Positions 40,201-53,701 of a stretch of DNA of 64,000 bases are shown here, in pieces. A program made the position numbers and the translations under genes. Within the stretch, counting starts at the first letter, position 1, and every line of letters begins with the position of its first letter. This DNA is from Octopus vulgaris (lineage: Eukaryota), in contig OX597816.1 in assembly GCA_951406725.2 (NCBI GenBank), positions 56,172,001 to 56,236,000 on the forward strand, given 5' to 3'. Under the pieces are notes generated by a model. That model ran no database searches. It saw only the letters and a list, made by a program, of their open reading frames with translations, and was not told where the DNA came from.

Positions 40201-41321
40201 GGCCTTCGTATCTCGACCAACATGTGTCCCCGCTACCGAAACGGTAATTATTTCTACGCCAGCTATGTTGTTGTTGTTTCTGTCTCATTTGGTCTAAAGT
40301 CGTATGACAACCACCGTTATATATGTTTTGTTTGTTCATTACCGTTTTCAATTTCGTTTTCGTCTCTTGTGTTTACATCCGTCTTGTGCGTTCACATTCC
40401 TGTCTTCTACCAAGAAATCTAATGCTTACAGCTTAGTTTTTTTCTTGGGGCTGGCCGAGTTGGAGCAAATATCAGAATTGAACAGCCGAAATTTGCTATG
40501 ATGGTTCGGTGTCTGACTGAAGATTGAAGGCTTCGAATGATTTGTCTGTGTTCCGTGTTCGTCCCTTCCTGTGTTTCACGTTCATTATATATAAAAACAT
40601 TCATTCTTATATTATTGCGGCGTTACGTGCACCCCCCGTTTGTTTGTCCAATTTTAAACCCTGCACGACTTCTATACACACTGTCTTTCCTGCCCGCCAT
40701 TGCTTCTTCACCAAACTTTTTGGCGCCCTCCGATTCTTCCCTCTCTTCCTCCCATCCTCCTCCCCTCTTCCTCCCATCCTCCTTAATCCCTTCTTTCTCC
40801 TTTTCTCTTGGTCACTGATTCTGTCCCCTGCCTTCCACCCTCTTTGATTCCCTCTCTCTCTGTCTCTCTTTCTCTCTCTCTCCTGCGACCTGCTGCTTCT
40901 TAAACCATTCTGTTGGCCTTCGTATCTCGACCAACATGTGTCCCCGCTACCGAAACGGTAATTATTTCTACGCCAGCTATGTTGTTGTTGTTTCTGTCTC
41001 ATTTGGTCTAAAGTCGTATGACAACCACCGTTATATATGTTTTGTTTGTTCATTACCGTTTTCAATTTCGTTTTCGTCTCTTGTGTTTACATCCGTCTTG
41101 TGCGTTCACATTCCTGTCTTCTACCAAGAAATCTAATGCTTACAGCTTAGTTTTTTTTCTTGGGGCTGGCCGAGTTGGAGCAAATATCAGAATTGAACAG
41201 CCGAAATTTGCTATGATGGTTCGGTGTCTGACTGAAGATTGAAGGCTTCGAATGATTTGTCTGTGTTCCGTGTTCGTCCCTTCCTGTGTTTCACGTTCAT
41301 TATATATAAAAACATTCATTC
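40201..41321. mobile_element. Partial-tandem 714-bp non-coding element (A-B-A) between microsatellites; fragments at about 26387-26515 (+) and 35105-35222 (-)
   Basis: 40201-40606 equals 40915-41321 apart from a 1-nt T-run difference; gactgaagatt.aggcttcgaatg is shared with the dispersed fragments. Confidence 0.75.
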
Positions 41322-41367
<46 letters not shown>

Positions 41368-41479
41368 TAGAGGGAATCATATACATATTACATATTACAT
41401 ATATATATGCTAGACCACTGGTGTGAAATCGATGTTAATTAAATTAATATCTAATTTCATACCCTCATTTTAAATTTAA

Positions 41480-41520
<41 letters not shown>

Positions 41521-41645
41521 TAGATAGATAGATAGATAGATGTATATATATACACATATACATATATATTTACATGTATATATACTTATATATGTGCGTG
41601 TATGTGTGTGTATATATGTACGTATATACACATACACATAGTATT

Positions 41646-42213
41646 TACACTCGGGCTGCTATTAGTTTCATGCTGTGAAAACACAATAAACTGACAAACT
41701 TCTACAGCATGCTTTGTGCTTTCATGCAGGATTTCAGATTCAAATACACGGCAGGTGGTCTCTTTTGCTAAAATAAATAATAGTTAAAGGCCTTTGATCT
41801 TTTAAAAAAATGTGAAACAAAACGAGAAGAAGGTAAACATGAAAAGTGGAATGAGAAAAAAGACAAAAGGATACAGGAAAAATAACCATCCAGAGTTACG
41901 TTCCTTTGCCCGTTCGAATCAGAATTAATATGGTTGGTGTAAATATATTTAACGAGAAGGTCAAAGCCTGTGAAACTACTTTTTAATTCTTAATGATTTC
42001 TTGTTTTTGTTTTCGTTTTTACATTTACCAACTTATCGTCCTTTTTAAGTTTGTTTTTTTCAAACAGTAACGCCCTTTCTCGTTTTGGTTTTCAAGAACG
42101 ACCAGCTATGTTGTATATTTGAATCTGAATTATTTCTAGGAAACACAAAATTAGTGATACAAGCTTGTCAGATTATTGTTTTCACAGCATGAAACTAATG
42201 GTGGCTTGAATTT
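41646..42213. mobile_element. Tc1/mariner-type MITE with about 55-bp TIRs
   Basis: attagtttcatgctgtgaaaac..aataa.ctgacaa.ctt at 41661-41701 and its RC at 42161-42199; TA at both ends. Confidence 0.7.
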
Positions 42214-44234
42214 ATATGCCGTACCGTACAATTTAAATGATATTTATCTCTCAATGGATAGAATCTTTTTGTGTTGATCTCATCAAAAATGTTACAGTGA
42301 ATCATATGTGTGTGTTTATGAGTATGTGTCTGTTTATGAATATGTGTGTGTGTGTGTGTGTTTTGTGTGTGTTTGTGTTACAGGAACATCCTCGTATGAT
42401 AACAGATAAACGGTGACACATGCATTCGAATTCCCTACTAGAAATCGCATAAACTCACACCTGCTGCTGCTGCTGCTGGGAAATTTCACGTGCTGGGTGT
42501 GAGTTTTCCATGATGGTATTTTATATCATAGTCCTCTATCTCAATGATATTGAGCTCTAATTTTTCTGTTGTTACACAAGTGCTCTATCGTAATATATAA
42601 TATATATGGATGTATTTATATATATATATATATAAGATTTTAGAATACAAACACATAGAAAATGAATAAATATTTCCTTCTCTTATAAAAAAAATGTATT
42701 GTGATATTCCGCGGGGTACAAATCTACAAACTGTGTAGGACAAAGCAGTGTCTTCATTTCATGATACCAAAGAAACCTTTTGGCTAATCTGGCAGATGGA
42801 ACAAGAATGTTATCTTTGTCCTCTGCCAGTATGGTATGAAAATCTATTGTGTAACGAGAAGAATGGATTTCTACGTTCTTACTTTCTTTTTCTTTCTTTT
42901 TATTTTTTGTATATTATTCAGAGATACATTGTCGAGAATGAATAGCTCAACATTTTGACAACACACGCACCACCACCGTCCTACACCCATTTGCACATCA
43001 TTACACAACAACCAATAAACTGCTTTGCCGATTCTAGGTACCATTCTTTGTATATTTATTTCTTATCTTTCCTGGAATCCGTTATAGACATCTGGGAGTC
43101 GAGGAATCTTCATTCGTCCAAGAAATTCTATTTCTTTTCTCTGTGCATTCGATAAAATATTTCCTGTCAGTAATAACATTTTTTTTTTATTTCCGTGTTC
43201 GATTTATACGGCATTCACATACAAACCCACCAAACACATTCAGAATATTTTTACGGCCCTTCTTTCTGCATTTTATCCGTTGCAGGGTATTTCTCTTACT
43301 AACAAACGAATGCATCGTTTCTTACGCCACAAACAAATCTAATGAGACTACCCTCATACTCTAAACTCGACACCTTATTAATCTAACAATTTCACTACCG
43401 TCGGCTTCGGAGCCCTCAGCATATATTTATCGATTATCTCTGAGAAGAAAAAGGTGTGCTTTCTGTGTTTTTGTTTTAATTTCATTTTCCGTGTCCTAAT
43501 TCTCGATAGTTTATTATAAAATGAGAGAACACTTTCAGTCTGGAAGATTCCTATATTTATTTCAGTTTGGTGGACAATCAATGACTAAAATAGATAAATA
43601 ATTGGCCTTGCATGATTTATCAATAAATATTAAAAAATAACATGAGTGAAAGAATATGTTTGTGCAGTTTGACAAAAAAATAATAATGAAGGAGAAATGG
43701 TGGAGTGAAGAAGAAAGAAACAAATGATAGCAAAAGAACAAAAAGTAAAATAAGTTTTTACTAATTACATAAATATTACATATATATATATATATATATA
43801 ATATACAGAGAGAGAGATACTTGTACACACACACACACACACATATATATATGTGTGTGTGTGTGTGTGTATGTGTGTGTGTGTGTACGTATATGCGTGT
43901 ATGTAGATAAATAGGTAGATTGGTATATGCACAGATGCAAATGATATCGATATTGATACAAATGTATATATGTATGTGCGTATATATAGGTTTCCAATTA
44001 TATATGTGTATGTATGTGTGTATGTGTGCGCATGCGGATGCGAGTGTGTGTGCGTGTGTGTGTGTTTGTATACATATGTGTACGTTGTACTTTTGCGTAG
44101 TAGTGTGTAAAATACATTCATAAATATTTTATATACGTTTGTGAATATATATGTGTACATGTGCGTATGTGTGTATATGTGTGTATATGTGTGTGCATGT
44201 ATGCAAGTGCGAAGATAGATAGATAGGTAGATAA

Positions 44235-44282
<48 letters not shown>

Positions 44283-44290
44283 GTAGATAA

Positions 44291-44386
<96 letters not shown>

Positions 44387-44725
44387 TGATATATTATATT
44401 GTGGAAAGAATAAATTTTTTTATCAATATTTCATTTGTTTTAATACGCTGCACCAATCTCATTAACCATTCATGAAATTGTTTTGCAGTATCAGAAGAAT
44501 AAAACTTAAAAGATTGATTATTTATGAGGTAGATATGTGTGGAAACTGCAATATAAATCTCATATTTTGTAACAGAATACAATATTCATGACAACGCCAA
44601 TGTGACTTCACTAGAGTTATATGTGTGCACGTATGTGAGAATAATTCATATGTATATATGTATTATATCATTAGGTTCTGTCCGAGAGCCACGAATATCC
44701 TGGGGCAGCATTGTAAGAGATAAAA

Positions 44726-44830
44726 ACCCGAATTCCGACTAAGAGCAATTCATCATCATCAATTACAATAATTTTAATTTTTCTACAGGTGCTGGAATTA
44801 TTGCGACTGTCGGCACCAGACTTGCCCTCC
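44726..44830 (-). pseudogene. Degenerate 18S rRNA fragment (helix 18 / 515F region to the start of V4)
   Basis: RC ggagggcaagtctggtgccgacagtcgcaataattccagc...gctcttagtcggaattcgggt vs 18S ggagggcaagtctggtgccagcagccgcggtaattccagc...gctcgtagttggatctcgggt. Confidence 0.75.
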
Positions 44831-45166
44831 GGTCTACACTTCAACAGAAGGTGTATTTTCAATACACCTACATACATTTGTCAACAGATCTTGCATTCTG
44901 CCGAACAGTCTCTCATAAGGAATAATCTGAGAACAGTTCGACAAGTTTCGACAGCATATTTCCGATTAGGCAGAGGAACAGGATGACTCTGCTAATGAGT
45001 CGACTATGAGCAGGTGAAACTTAGCCGACCTGCTACGGCTTTGGGGTTTGACTACTGTATGTATTTACACTAAGAAACTGAATTTATATTTGTGAAAATC
45101 TCTTGTTTACGCACATACTCATAACATAACCAATCACCACGAAGTCATTACCTTACCTTAGTAAGG

Positions 45167-45203
<37 letters not shown>

Positions 45204-45495
45204 ATATATATTATATGTATATGTATGTGTGTGTAAGTGTATATATGTATATATATATATGTATGCATTTATGTATGTGTGTATACATATATATAGAGAG
45301 GGACAATTATTTCGTTTTTGTATTTGATTTACAAGATTCTTTGTGTGAATTCGTGTGTTGAAGCATATTTTATTCTCTTTTGATGCCTTATTATTTAACA
45401 TACCCACCTGTTCGATTTCCACTCATTCACTTATTTTAAATTAGTAACTGCAGTGTATTTGTCTGTGACAAACACATTTCAACTAACCTAAATTG

Positions 45496-45545
<50 letters not shown>

Positions 45546-45962
45546 GATGCTTTAAAAAACAACTGACTCCTTTTCTTGCGTTTTAAGTTTTTTCTAAAAA
45601 TCCAGAAGAGATGTTTCTGTTTACCTCAGCTAAACAATGCACGTGACTGTTCTCTCTGTAGACGCAGAAGTCTACAGTTTTCCCTTTAGGGTATTTATTC
45701 TCATGTGTTATTTCCATTCGATGTCTAAAATACTGACAGCATCATTGCAGAATCCAAGTAACCGACTCTACTGAGTGGGATCGATTTAAGCTCGTTTTTT
45801 TTTTTTTCTTCATCTTTATTCTCCCCTATTATTTTATAAATCACTCTTCATTGATAAAGCAGATCTAATGCTGCCATTGTATCATTGAGACGTTAACTTG
45901 CCTCGATATTATAAGAGAGAGAGAGAGAGAGACAGGCAGACAGACAGAGACAGAGACAGAGA

Positions 45963-46001
<39 letters not shown>

Positions 46002-46695
46002 TCTACACAGCTACCAAGATGGTGATGTTTTCCGTGCAGCTATATCTAACTAATTAACGAACATTTACAATGTTTTTAATTGAACAGCTTGTGGTATATG
46101 TGATTGATTGAGAAATTCTTTTTATGGCCGTTTCTATCCATGTTAGATTAACGTGAATACTAAAAGCGCGTGTTTAAGCAGAAAACGTTTTTGTTTTTTA
46201 CTATGTTTTTCTGCAAGATTTGTTTTCTGTTTTGCAGTTTTCCTTAAAAACCATTTCCTCTTAATGCATCAGTAATTGTTCAGTGTAATTAATTATTTTT
46301 TTCATGCAATATATGAGATATTTCGTTAATTTTGTTGATTGCAACTGATGGAATTGTTATTGGATGGTTAAAATGTCTATTGACGGATTGCAGGTCTTCA
46401 TTCGGCTGTGTGTAAGGACGGTACTTGGAAGAGGTTACGTAGCTTAATTTCTAAATGTTTTTAAGATGCAACGGTTTAGTTCGGTCGGTAGGATTTAAAT
46501 GGATTCGTTTCACTGTTACAATTAAGTTTTTGCTATATCTATAGCCGTCCGTGTAGAACACTACGATAAGCCCACTGTCTCCGTACAGCCCTATAATAAA
46601 CTTGCATTTTGCTGGAAGATTCCACCACTCTTAATGATATTAACATTAGCAGCTTCAGAAACCAGATTGACAAACATTTCTGTGTTTGTTTGGGT

Positions 46696-47300
46696 AAGTT
46701 AAGTTAAGTTAATTTTTTGGCTCAAAAAAGCAAAAAGCAAGGCCATGTAGGGGGACATGGAGTTATGTACAAGGAGGGTATTCATGCAAAGAGTTCAGGC
46801 CATTTCTGGTCAAGAGAGACTTTGAACCGAGCGGTTGTCGGCATCTTCATTATCTCGTCCGGCAGTTTATTCCACGGATTCGCAACCCAGACGGAGAAAG
46901 CCACTCTCCGATTGACATGAAATTGTCGCAGATAGAGCTTTTCGGAGTGACCCCGCAGCCGACGCTCTGGAGCAGGAGTGAAGAACAGCTCCTTCGAGAG
47001 GTTACACTTTCCGCTTATGATGTTGTGAGCAAGAATGAGATCACCACGGCGTCGTCGTTTTTCTGAAGAATAAAGGTCGAGCGTCTTCAGCCTTTCTTCA
47101 TAAGACAAATGCTTGAGACCAAGAACCATGTGGGTAGCCAGCTTCTGGACTCTTTCGAGGTGATGTATGTCTTTGAAGAGATAAGGAGAAGAGGCTTGAA
47201 TCCCGTTCTCCAATATGGGTCTCACCAGCGTGACATAGAGCGGTAGGAATATGGCTGCTGTGAGCATTCCGAATGACCGTCAAATCAAAAACAATGCATT
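46696..47300 (-). mobile_element. 5'-truncated CR1-like LINE: ORF2 C-terminus, short 3' UTR, (AACTT)n tail
   Basis: LYVTLVRPILE..SPY..DIHHLERVQKLAT....LSYEERLKTLDL....RRRRGDLI....RGH..KL....FS..V...WNKLP (46782-47267); tail also seen at about 54873-54898. Confidence 0.9.
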
Positions 47301-48422
47301 CGAATTGTCCAGCCTGTAAATTTAACAAACTGCATTAGTATTTCCCCAAGTTCCAGGATGTCTTTTGACTAAAGATGTAATTTATTCAGAGCACTACATA
47401 TGACACCAAAACCATCAACTGCTTTATAGGAGTTCAAAGAAAATGTAATACAATTTGTCAGAGATTAATGTGAAGGCTGCACAGAGTTGAAGAAACCTAA
47501 GACTTCACAATATTTAAATGGTTGTAGCTTTCTGCATTCTAAATGTTAGGCTTCACTTCATTATGTATTTTTATCATCATAAGTGAGAAAATTATTTATT
47601 TATTGATCATCAGTTTCTGAGCAACACAGGCAGTATTATTCTTCGCCTGTTATGCTGTTTGTGTTTTAACTATTTCATCGCAATAAGAATATTCAAACGA
47701 TCTGTTCCTGTATCAAGAAAGGTGTTATTCCCCGGTCACAAGTCAACCAAACAAATCTTCCATCTCCTCCCTTCTCGGCTTTGCATGAAAGAAATTCATT
47801 AGAACTGGTAAGTGAAATACATATTTTCACTGGAATTTACCTGTAGTTCCGTATGGAATTTTTCTAAAGGCAATCACCGATAGTCCTTCACAAGTCAGAA
47901 ATAAGATTCAGTCAGTCAGTTTCCTTCAAAAGGGTTTTCTTTTGAAGTGAAGTAACAGATGTTGTTATGAATTAGAAGGAAAAGGGGTCGAGGGGTCGAC
48001 CGTTTACAAGCAAAAGAAAAGGAGATCTAGAGATTTCCTGATGTTCTGAAATCAGAATGCAAATATACGTCGACAGATTTAATACCACTCGATGGTCCTT
48101 AAGTAAATTTAATGTACACAATATTGCTAGCGTACTCAACACTGTTTGAGTACACAATACTACCAGCGTTTCAGCCAGGTGACCGCTCCAAAGATGACCA
48201 CATTACCTTTCACCTAACAGCTTCAGAATCCCTGAAGTGGTCAGATGAGCAGTCCGTCTTCAAGATAAATTATTTCAAAGGAACCACATTTCACAGTAGT
48301 ACACACATATTCACACATCACACACATATATATATACATGCATATATGTGTGTGGGCGCACGCGTACGTATGTATGTATACACATATGTATGTATACATG
48401 TATATTATAGGTATATATATAT

Positions 48423-48800
48423 AGGCGCAGGAGTGGCTGTGTGGTAAGAAGCCTCATGGTTCCAGGTTCAGTCCCACTGAGTGGCACGTTGAACACGTGT
48501 CTTCTACTATAGCCTCGGGACGACCAAAGCCTTGTGAGTGGATCTAATAGACGGAAACTGAAAGAAGCCCGTCAAATATATATATATCGTACGTATTTGA
48601 GTGTCTGTGTTTGCCCCCCCACCCCCAACCATCGCTTGACAACCTATGTCGGTGTATTTATGTCCCCGTATCTTAGGGGTTCGGCAAAGGAGACCGATAG
48701 AATAAGTACAAAGACTAAGTCCCGGGATCGATGTGTTCGACTGAAGGCGGTACCCCAGCATGACCGTAGTCAGATGACTAAAATAAGTAAAACAATAAAG
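48423..48800 (+). mobile_element. SINE family B, full length
   Basis: aggcgcaggagtggctgtgtggtaag...ggttcagtcccact...cccagcatgaccgtagtc...aagtaaaa. Confidence 0.85.
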
Positions 48801-48823
48801 AATATACATACAATATATATATA

Positions 48824-49375
48824 CGAGGATGAGTTACAAAGTAATGCCATTTTGTTTAGTACAGGTAAAATTACCAACACAGGAACATGTACCATACATC
48901 AAAATGAAGCTGATCCGCTGTAGATCACATCCCTACTTCTCAACATAGTCACCGTTTCTCTCAATAGCAATGTTCCACCTTCGAATGAGAGCATGTATCC
49001 CTGTACCGTAAAATTCTGTTGACTGTTCTTAGAGCCACTTCTTCACTTCCACCACACTCACCAGATTTAGCGCTTTCAGACTATCATCTCTTCGGCGCCA
49101 CGAAAGAGGGTTTGAGAGGCAAACATTATTCCATTGACGAGGAAGTGAAAACTGTAGTGAATTGGCCCAAAGAACAGTCAGCAGAATTTTACGGGGCAGG
49201 GATACATGCTCTCATTCGAAGGCGGAACATTGTTATTGAGAGAAACGGTGACTGTTGGAAAGTAGGGATATGATCCACAGAGGACCAGCTTCATATTGAT
49301 GTATGATACATGTTCCTGTGTTGGTAATTATACCTGTCCTAAACAAAATGGCATTACTTTTTTTACTCACCTTCG
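48824..49375 (+). mobile_element. Non-autonomous mariner derivative with about 220-bp inverted arms and TA TSD
   Basis: TA|cgagg...cttcg|TA; the centre encodes the transposase C-terminus PHSPDLALSDYHLFG..KEGLRGKHY..DEEVK..V..W....FY..GIHALI.R..VI..NGD. Confidence 0.92.
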
Positions 49376-50287
49376 TATGTATATCAATATGCGTGTGCGT
49401 GCGTGTGCGTATGTGTGTTCATTTACAGAATGACAATCAATACAAAATGGGATTTCGATACCTGGGTCGAGGTGAATTGAATCTACTTCTCTTGACATTT
49501 ATTGTTCGGTTGATAAGATGTCATAACGCAAATTTCCTTCTCAAGGTTACTCTTAAAGATAAGAAACCTTACGTAATGGCATCCCCTTCCCCCACCCCTC
49601 TTGACCCGCGAAAAACTGACAGATACAGAGGGCAGCATCATAATGCAGCAGTTAGTTTATTTATCACCGAATATATGAATGGCTAAGTTGACCTTGACGG
49701 GATTTGTACGAAGTGGTGGTTATTCCCATCCTGATAAATATGCGTATGTATATTTATAAACACACACATACACACAAATACACACGTGCACACACAGAAC
49801 ACACATACACATACACAAACACGCACACACAAGACATGCACATACAAACACACACAAATACACAAACACATGTACACATACAAAACACACGTACACACAC
49901 ACACACAAGACACACATACAAACACACACACAAACACATACACACGAACACACGCAAATACTCATACACACAAATACAGACGACAACACACAAACACATA
50001 CGCAAATACACACACACACACGCAAACACACACATACTCACGCACATTCACACGCACACACAAGCACATACTCACGCACACACAAGCACATACTCACGCA
50101 CATTCACACGCACACACAAGCATATACACACACACTCACAAACACATCGAGGGATAGTGAAAGTAAAAGAGTGAATAGAGAGGGAAAGGTATTTTTGTTG
50201 GGTCAATTGAGTTAGTCGTTATTAAAATAGTGCTGATACCGATGTAGATAATGATGATGTTGCTGATAATGACGGTGTTGATAATGC

Positions 50288-50738
50288 TGGCGGCGGCAGT
50301 GGTGGTGGTGGTGGCAGCGGTGGTGGTGGTGGCGGTGGTGGTGGTGGTGGTGGCGGCGGTGGCGGTGGTAGTGGTGGCGGCGGCGGTGGCGATGGTGGGT
50401 GGTGGTTATGGTTGTGGTGGTGGTGGTTGTAGTGGTGGTGGTGTTTGTGGTGGTGGTGGTGGTGGTGGTGGTGATGGTGATGGTGATGGTGGTGGCGGTG
50501 GTGGTGGTGGTGGTGTGGTGGCGGCGGCGGCGGCGGCAATGGTGGTGGTGGTGGCGGCGGCGGTGGCGGTGGTGACGGTGGTGGTGGTGGTGGTAGTGGT
50601 GGTGGCGGCGGTGGCGGTGGTGACGGTGGTGGTGGTGGTGGTGGTGGTGGTGGCGGCGGCGGTGGTGGTGGTGGTGGCGGCGGCGGCAGCGGTGGTGGTG
50701 GTGGCGGCGGCGGCGGTGGTGGTGGTGGTGGTGGTGGT
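50288..50738. repeat. (GGT/GGC)n low-complexity tract
   Basis: Trinucleotide repeats. Confidence 0.9.
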
Positions 50739-51207
50739 GTTCTTACGTAGCAGCAAGCTGAAGAAACGGGGCGGGGGGGGGCGCAGCACAGCTTCGACGG
50801 ACGTCATGGCGGAGGCGATGGGTATAAGCGTAAATTTCAATGTTACGGATGTTGAGAAGTAAGCGGAAGCGGGAGCGGGAGTGGTGGGTGGTGGGTGGCG
50901 GTGGCGGTGGACGAACATGTTCTGTTTAAGTAAGATCGATAAACTAAAACCAGATATTTCTTTTGAATATCTGCTATCAGAACAAATTATTTCAGCTGTT
51001 TCTTTGCAAAAGAGATAGAGGTGGGGCATGCGGCCGGCCTGGTCTGGTTCTTACGCTTCTTTTCAATCGCTTGTTGCGAATAAAGTGAAAAGATGAAAGC
51101 AGAATGGAGGAAAAAGTGAGTTTGCAAAGGAGCTGTTTCAGTTGCACAAACGGCTCTGTGATTGGCTGAAATTATAGATTTGGCCCGCACGCTAACAACT
51201 TCTACAA

Positions 51208-51220
51208 GTAGTAGTAGTAA

Positions 51221-51251
<31 letters not shown>

Positions 51252-51358
51252 GGTGGTGGTGGTGGTGGTGGTGGTTGTGATGGTGGTGGAGATGATGGTG
51301 GTGGTGGTGGTGGCGGTGGTGTTAGTAGCAGTGGTGGTAGTAGTAGTAGTAGTAGTAA

Positions 51359-51406
<48 letters not shown>

Positions 51407-51628
51407 CAGTATTAGTAGCAGCAGCAGCAGTAGCAGCAGCAGCAGCAGTAGCAGCAGCAGCAGTAGCAGCAGCAGCAGTAGTAGTAGTAGTAGTAGTAGT
51501 AGTTGTAGTAGTAGTAGTAGTAGTAATGGTGGTGGTAGTGGTGGTGGCAGGTGATGGTGATGGTGGTGGAGATGGTGGTGGTGGTGTTAGTAGTAGTGGT
51601 GGTAGTAGTAGTAATGGTGGTGGTGCTG

Positions 51629-51660
<32 letters not shown>

Positions 51661-51661
51661 T

Positions 51662-51713
<52 letters not shown>

Positions 51714-51736
51714 CAGCAGTAGTAGTAGTAGTAGTA
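51208..51736. repeat. (AGT/GGT/AGC)n low-complexity tract
   Basis: Trinucleotide repeats. Confidence 0.9.
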
Positions 51737-52184
51737 CATTGTCAGTAAATATAGAAATTGAGAATTGAGAATTGTACTTTCAAGTTTTTCTAAACGATAT
51801 TACAAAAGTTTTAGCCCCAGGCAGGCAAGAGCTGATTATATAAACTTTACTGTCACAGAGAGATAAATGCAATGGTTTAATGGAGTTTCTTTAAAACAGA
51901 GACGAGACAATGCAGGAAATAGCAGCTATTATCTCGTAACTGAGATGATCCCCTAAATGCATGTAGAAACACGAGATCACGTTTTATCCATCCTATTGAT
52001 ATTACTGGTCAATATTACTGTGCCTTATCTCCTGAATCACCTTTAATCATTCTTATTTGACTTTTGATGCTGCTTACAAGTGAAGAGAATTTTCTACCTG
52101 ACAATACATTGAAATGCATCAGTCATTTCCGGGAATAGCAACCTTTAACTCGGATGTAATCAAATTTATTAAGCATGTCTTAGA

Positions 52185-52509
52185 TCTTTTATCTTTTACT
52201 TGTTTCAGTCATTAGACTGCGGCCATGCTGGGGCACCACATTGAAGAATGTCTTGTCAAATTAATCGATCCCCAGGACATTTTTTTTTGTACTTCGTACT
52301 TATTCCGTCGACGCCTTTTGCCGAACTGCTAACTTACGGAGATGTAAACACACCAACACCGGTTGTCAAGCGGTGGTGAGGACAAACAAAGACAGACAGA
52401 TTGATAGATAGGTATGTATGTATATATGTATGTAGGTAGGTAGGTAGGTAGGTAGGTAGGTAGGTAGGTAGGTAGGCACGCAGGCAGCCAGGCAGGCAGT
52501 CACATACAC

Positions 52510-52546
<37 letters not shown>

Positions 52547-52581
52547 TAGACAGATAGATAGATTGATGGATATATATATAT

Positions 52582-52669
<88 letters not shown>

Positions 52670-52830
52670 GGCGGGTTTCTTTCAGTTTCCATCTACCAAA
52701 TCCACTCACAAGGCTTTGGTCGACCCGAAGCTATAGCAGAAGACATTTGCCCAAAGTGCCCCACGAAGGGGGAACTGAATCCAGAACCGTGTGGTTGGGA
52801 AGCAAGATTCTTACCACACAGCCACTTCGC
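52185..52830 (-). mobile_element. SINE family B with expanded internal tetranucleotide microsatellites
   Basis: Tail cttttacttgtttcagtcatt; head cttaccacacagccac. Confidence 0.8.
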
Positions 52831-53223
52831 CTATTAGGGAGATAATTCACATGGGGGAGTAATTTAAAGCTTAACCCATTAGACATGTTGTGGCTGCTAC
52901 TATAACAGTTTAAACTACGACCCCAGCCACTACCTTTACCATCACCACTCGACATACTTTATGGGGTGAAATGTATCTCCTTTATTTTCAAGCAAATATC
53001 TTTTGGTAGCTAAAACTCAGCCATCAACTGTTTGCGAGTTCTTTGTTGCTAAAGATGTTTCTTGAAAGATCTTGTAACCCTACGCTGCCCTGGCATCATT
53101 CGCTGCACAAGATGCTGTTACGATCAGGGGATACTTGATCAACAGCACGCCAGCCATGACCATCTCTCTTTTAAAGTACAACAAAGACTACAACGTCCAC
53201 TGTTCTTTCTGTTTTAAGACAGT

Positions 53224-53701
53224 ACTCTTTTACTCTTTTACTTGTTTCAGTCATTTGACTGTGGCCATGCTGGAGCACCGCCTTTAGTCGAGGAAATCGA
53301 CCCCAAGACTTATTCTTTGTAAGCCTAGTACTTATTCTATCGTTCTCTTTATCCGAACCGCTAAGTTACGGGGACGTAAACAAACCACCATCGGTTATCA
53401 AGTGATGTTGGGGGAACAAACACAGACACACACAAACACACACACATATATATATATATATAGATTCCATTTTTAAATGGCGGTGCCCCAGCATGGCCAC
53501 AGCTCGTGAGCTGAAACTAGAATCAATCAATCAATCATATACATATATACGACGGGCTTCTTTCAGTTTCCGTCTACCAAATCCACTCACAATACTTTGG
53601 TCAGCCCAAGGCTATAGTAGAAGACACTTGCCCAAGGTGTCACGCAGTGGGACTGAACCCGGAACCATGTGGTTGGTAAGCAAGCTACTTACCACACAGC
53701 C
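53224..53701 (-). mobile_element. SINE family B
   Basis: (tactcttt)n tail; head gggactgaacccggaaccatgtggttggtaagcaagctacttaccacacagcc. Confidence 0.85.

Noticed and set aside
42451-42506. Hairpin aaactcacacc...ggtgtgagttt (pre-miRNA?)
   Set aside because: Only about 11-13 bp stem with a CTG repeat inside, and no match to miRNA families I recognise
43385-43520. FTTVGFGA, resembling a K+ channel selectivity filter
   Set aside because: In-frame stop just upstream, no splice acceptor, A instead of D/N after GFG and no pore-helix context
44789-44986. ORF after a good-looking ttctacag acceptor
   Set aside because: Its start is explained as antisense 18S rRNA sequence; no recognisable protein
50222-51768. 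Long poly-Val/Pro/Thr/Ser/Gly ORFs
   Set aside because: Translations of GGT/AGT trinucleotide repeats, open in several frames on both strands, with no domain content
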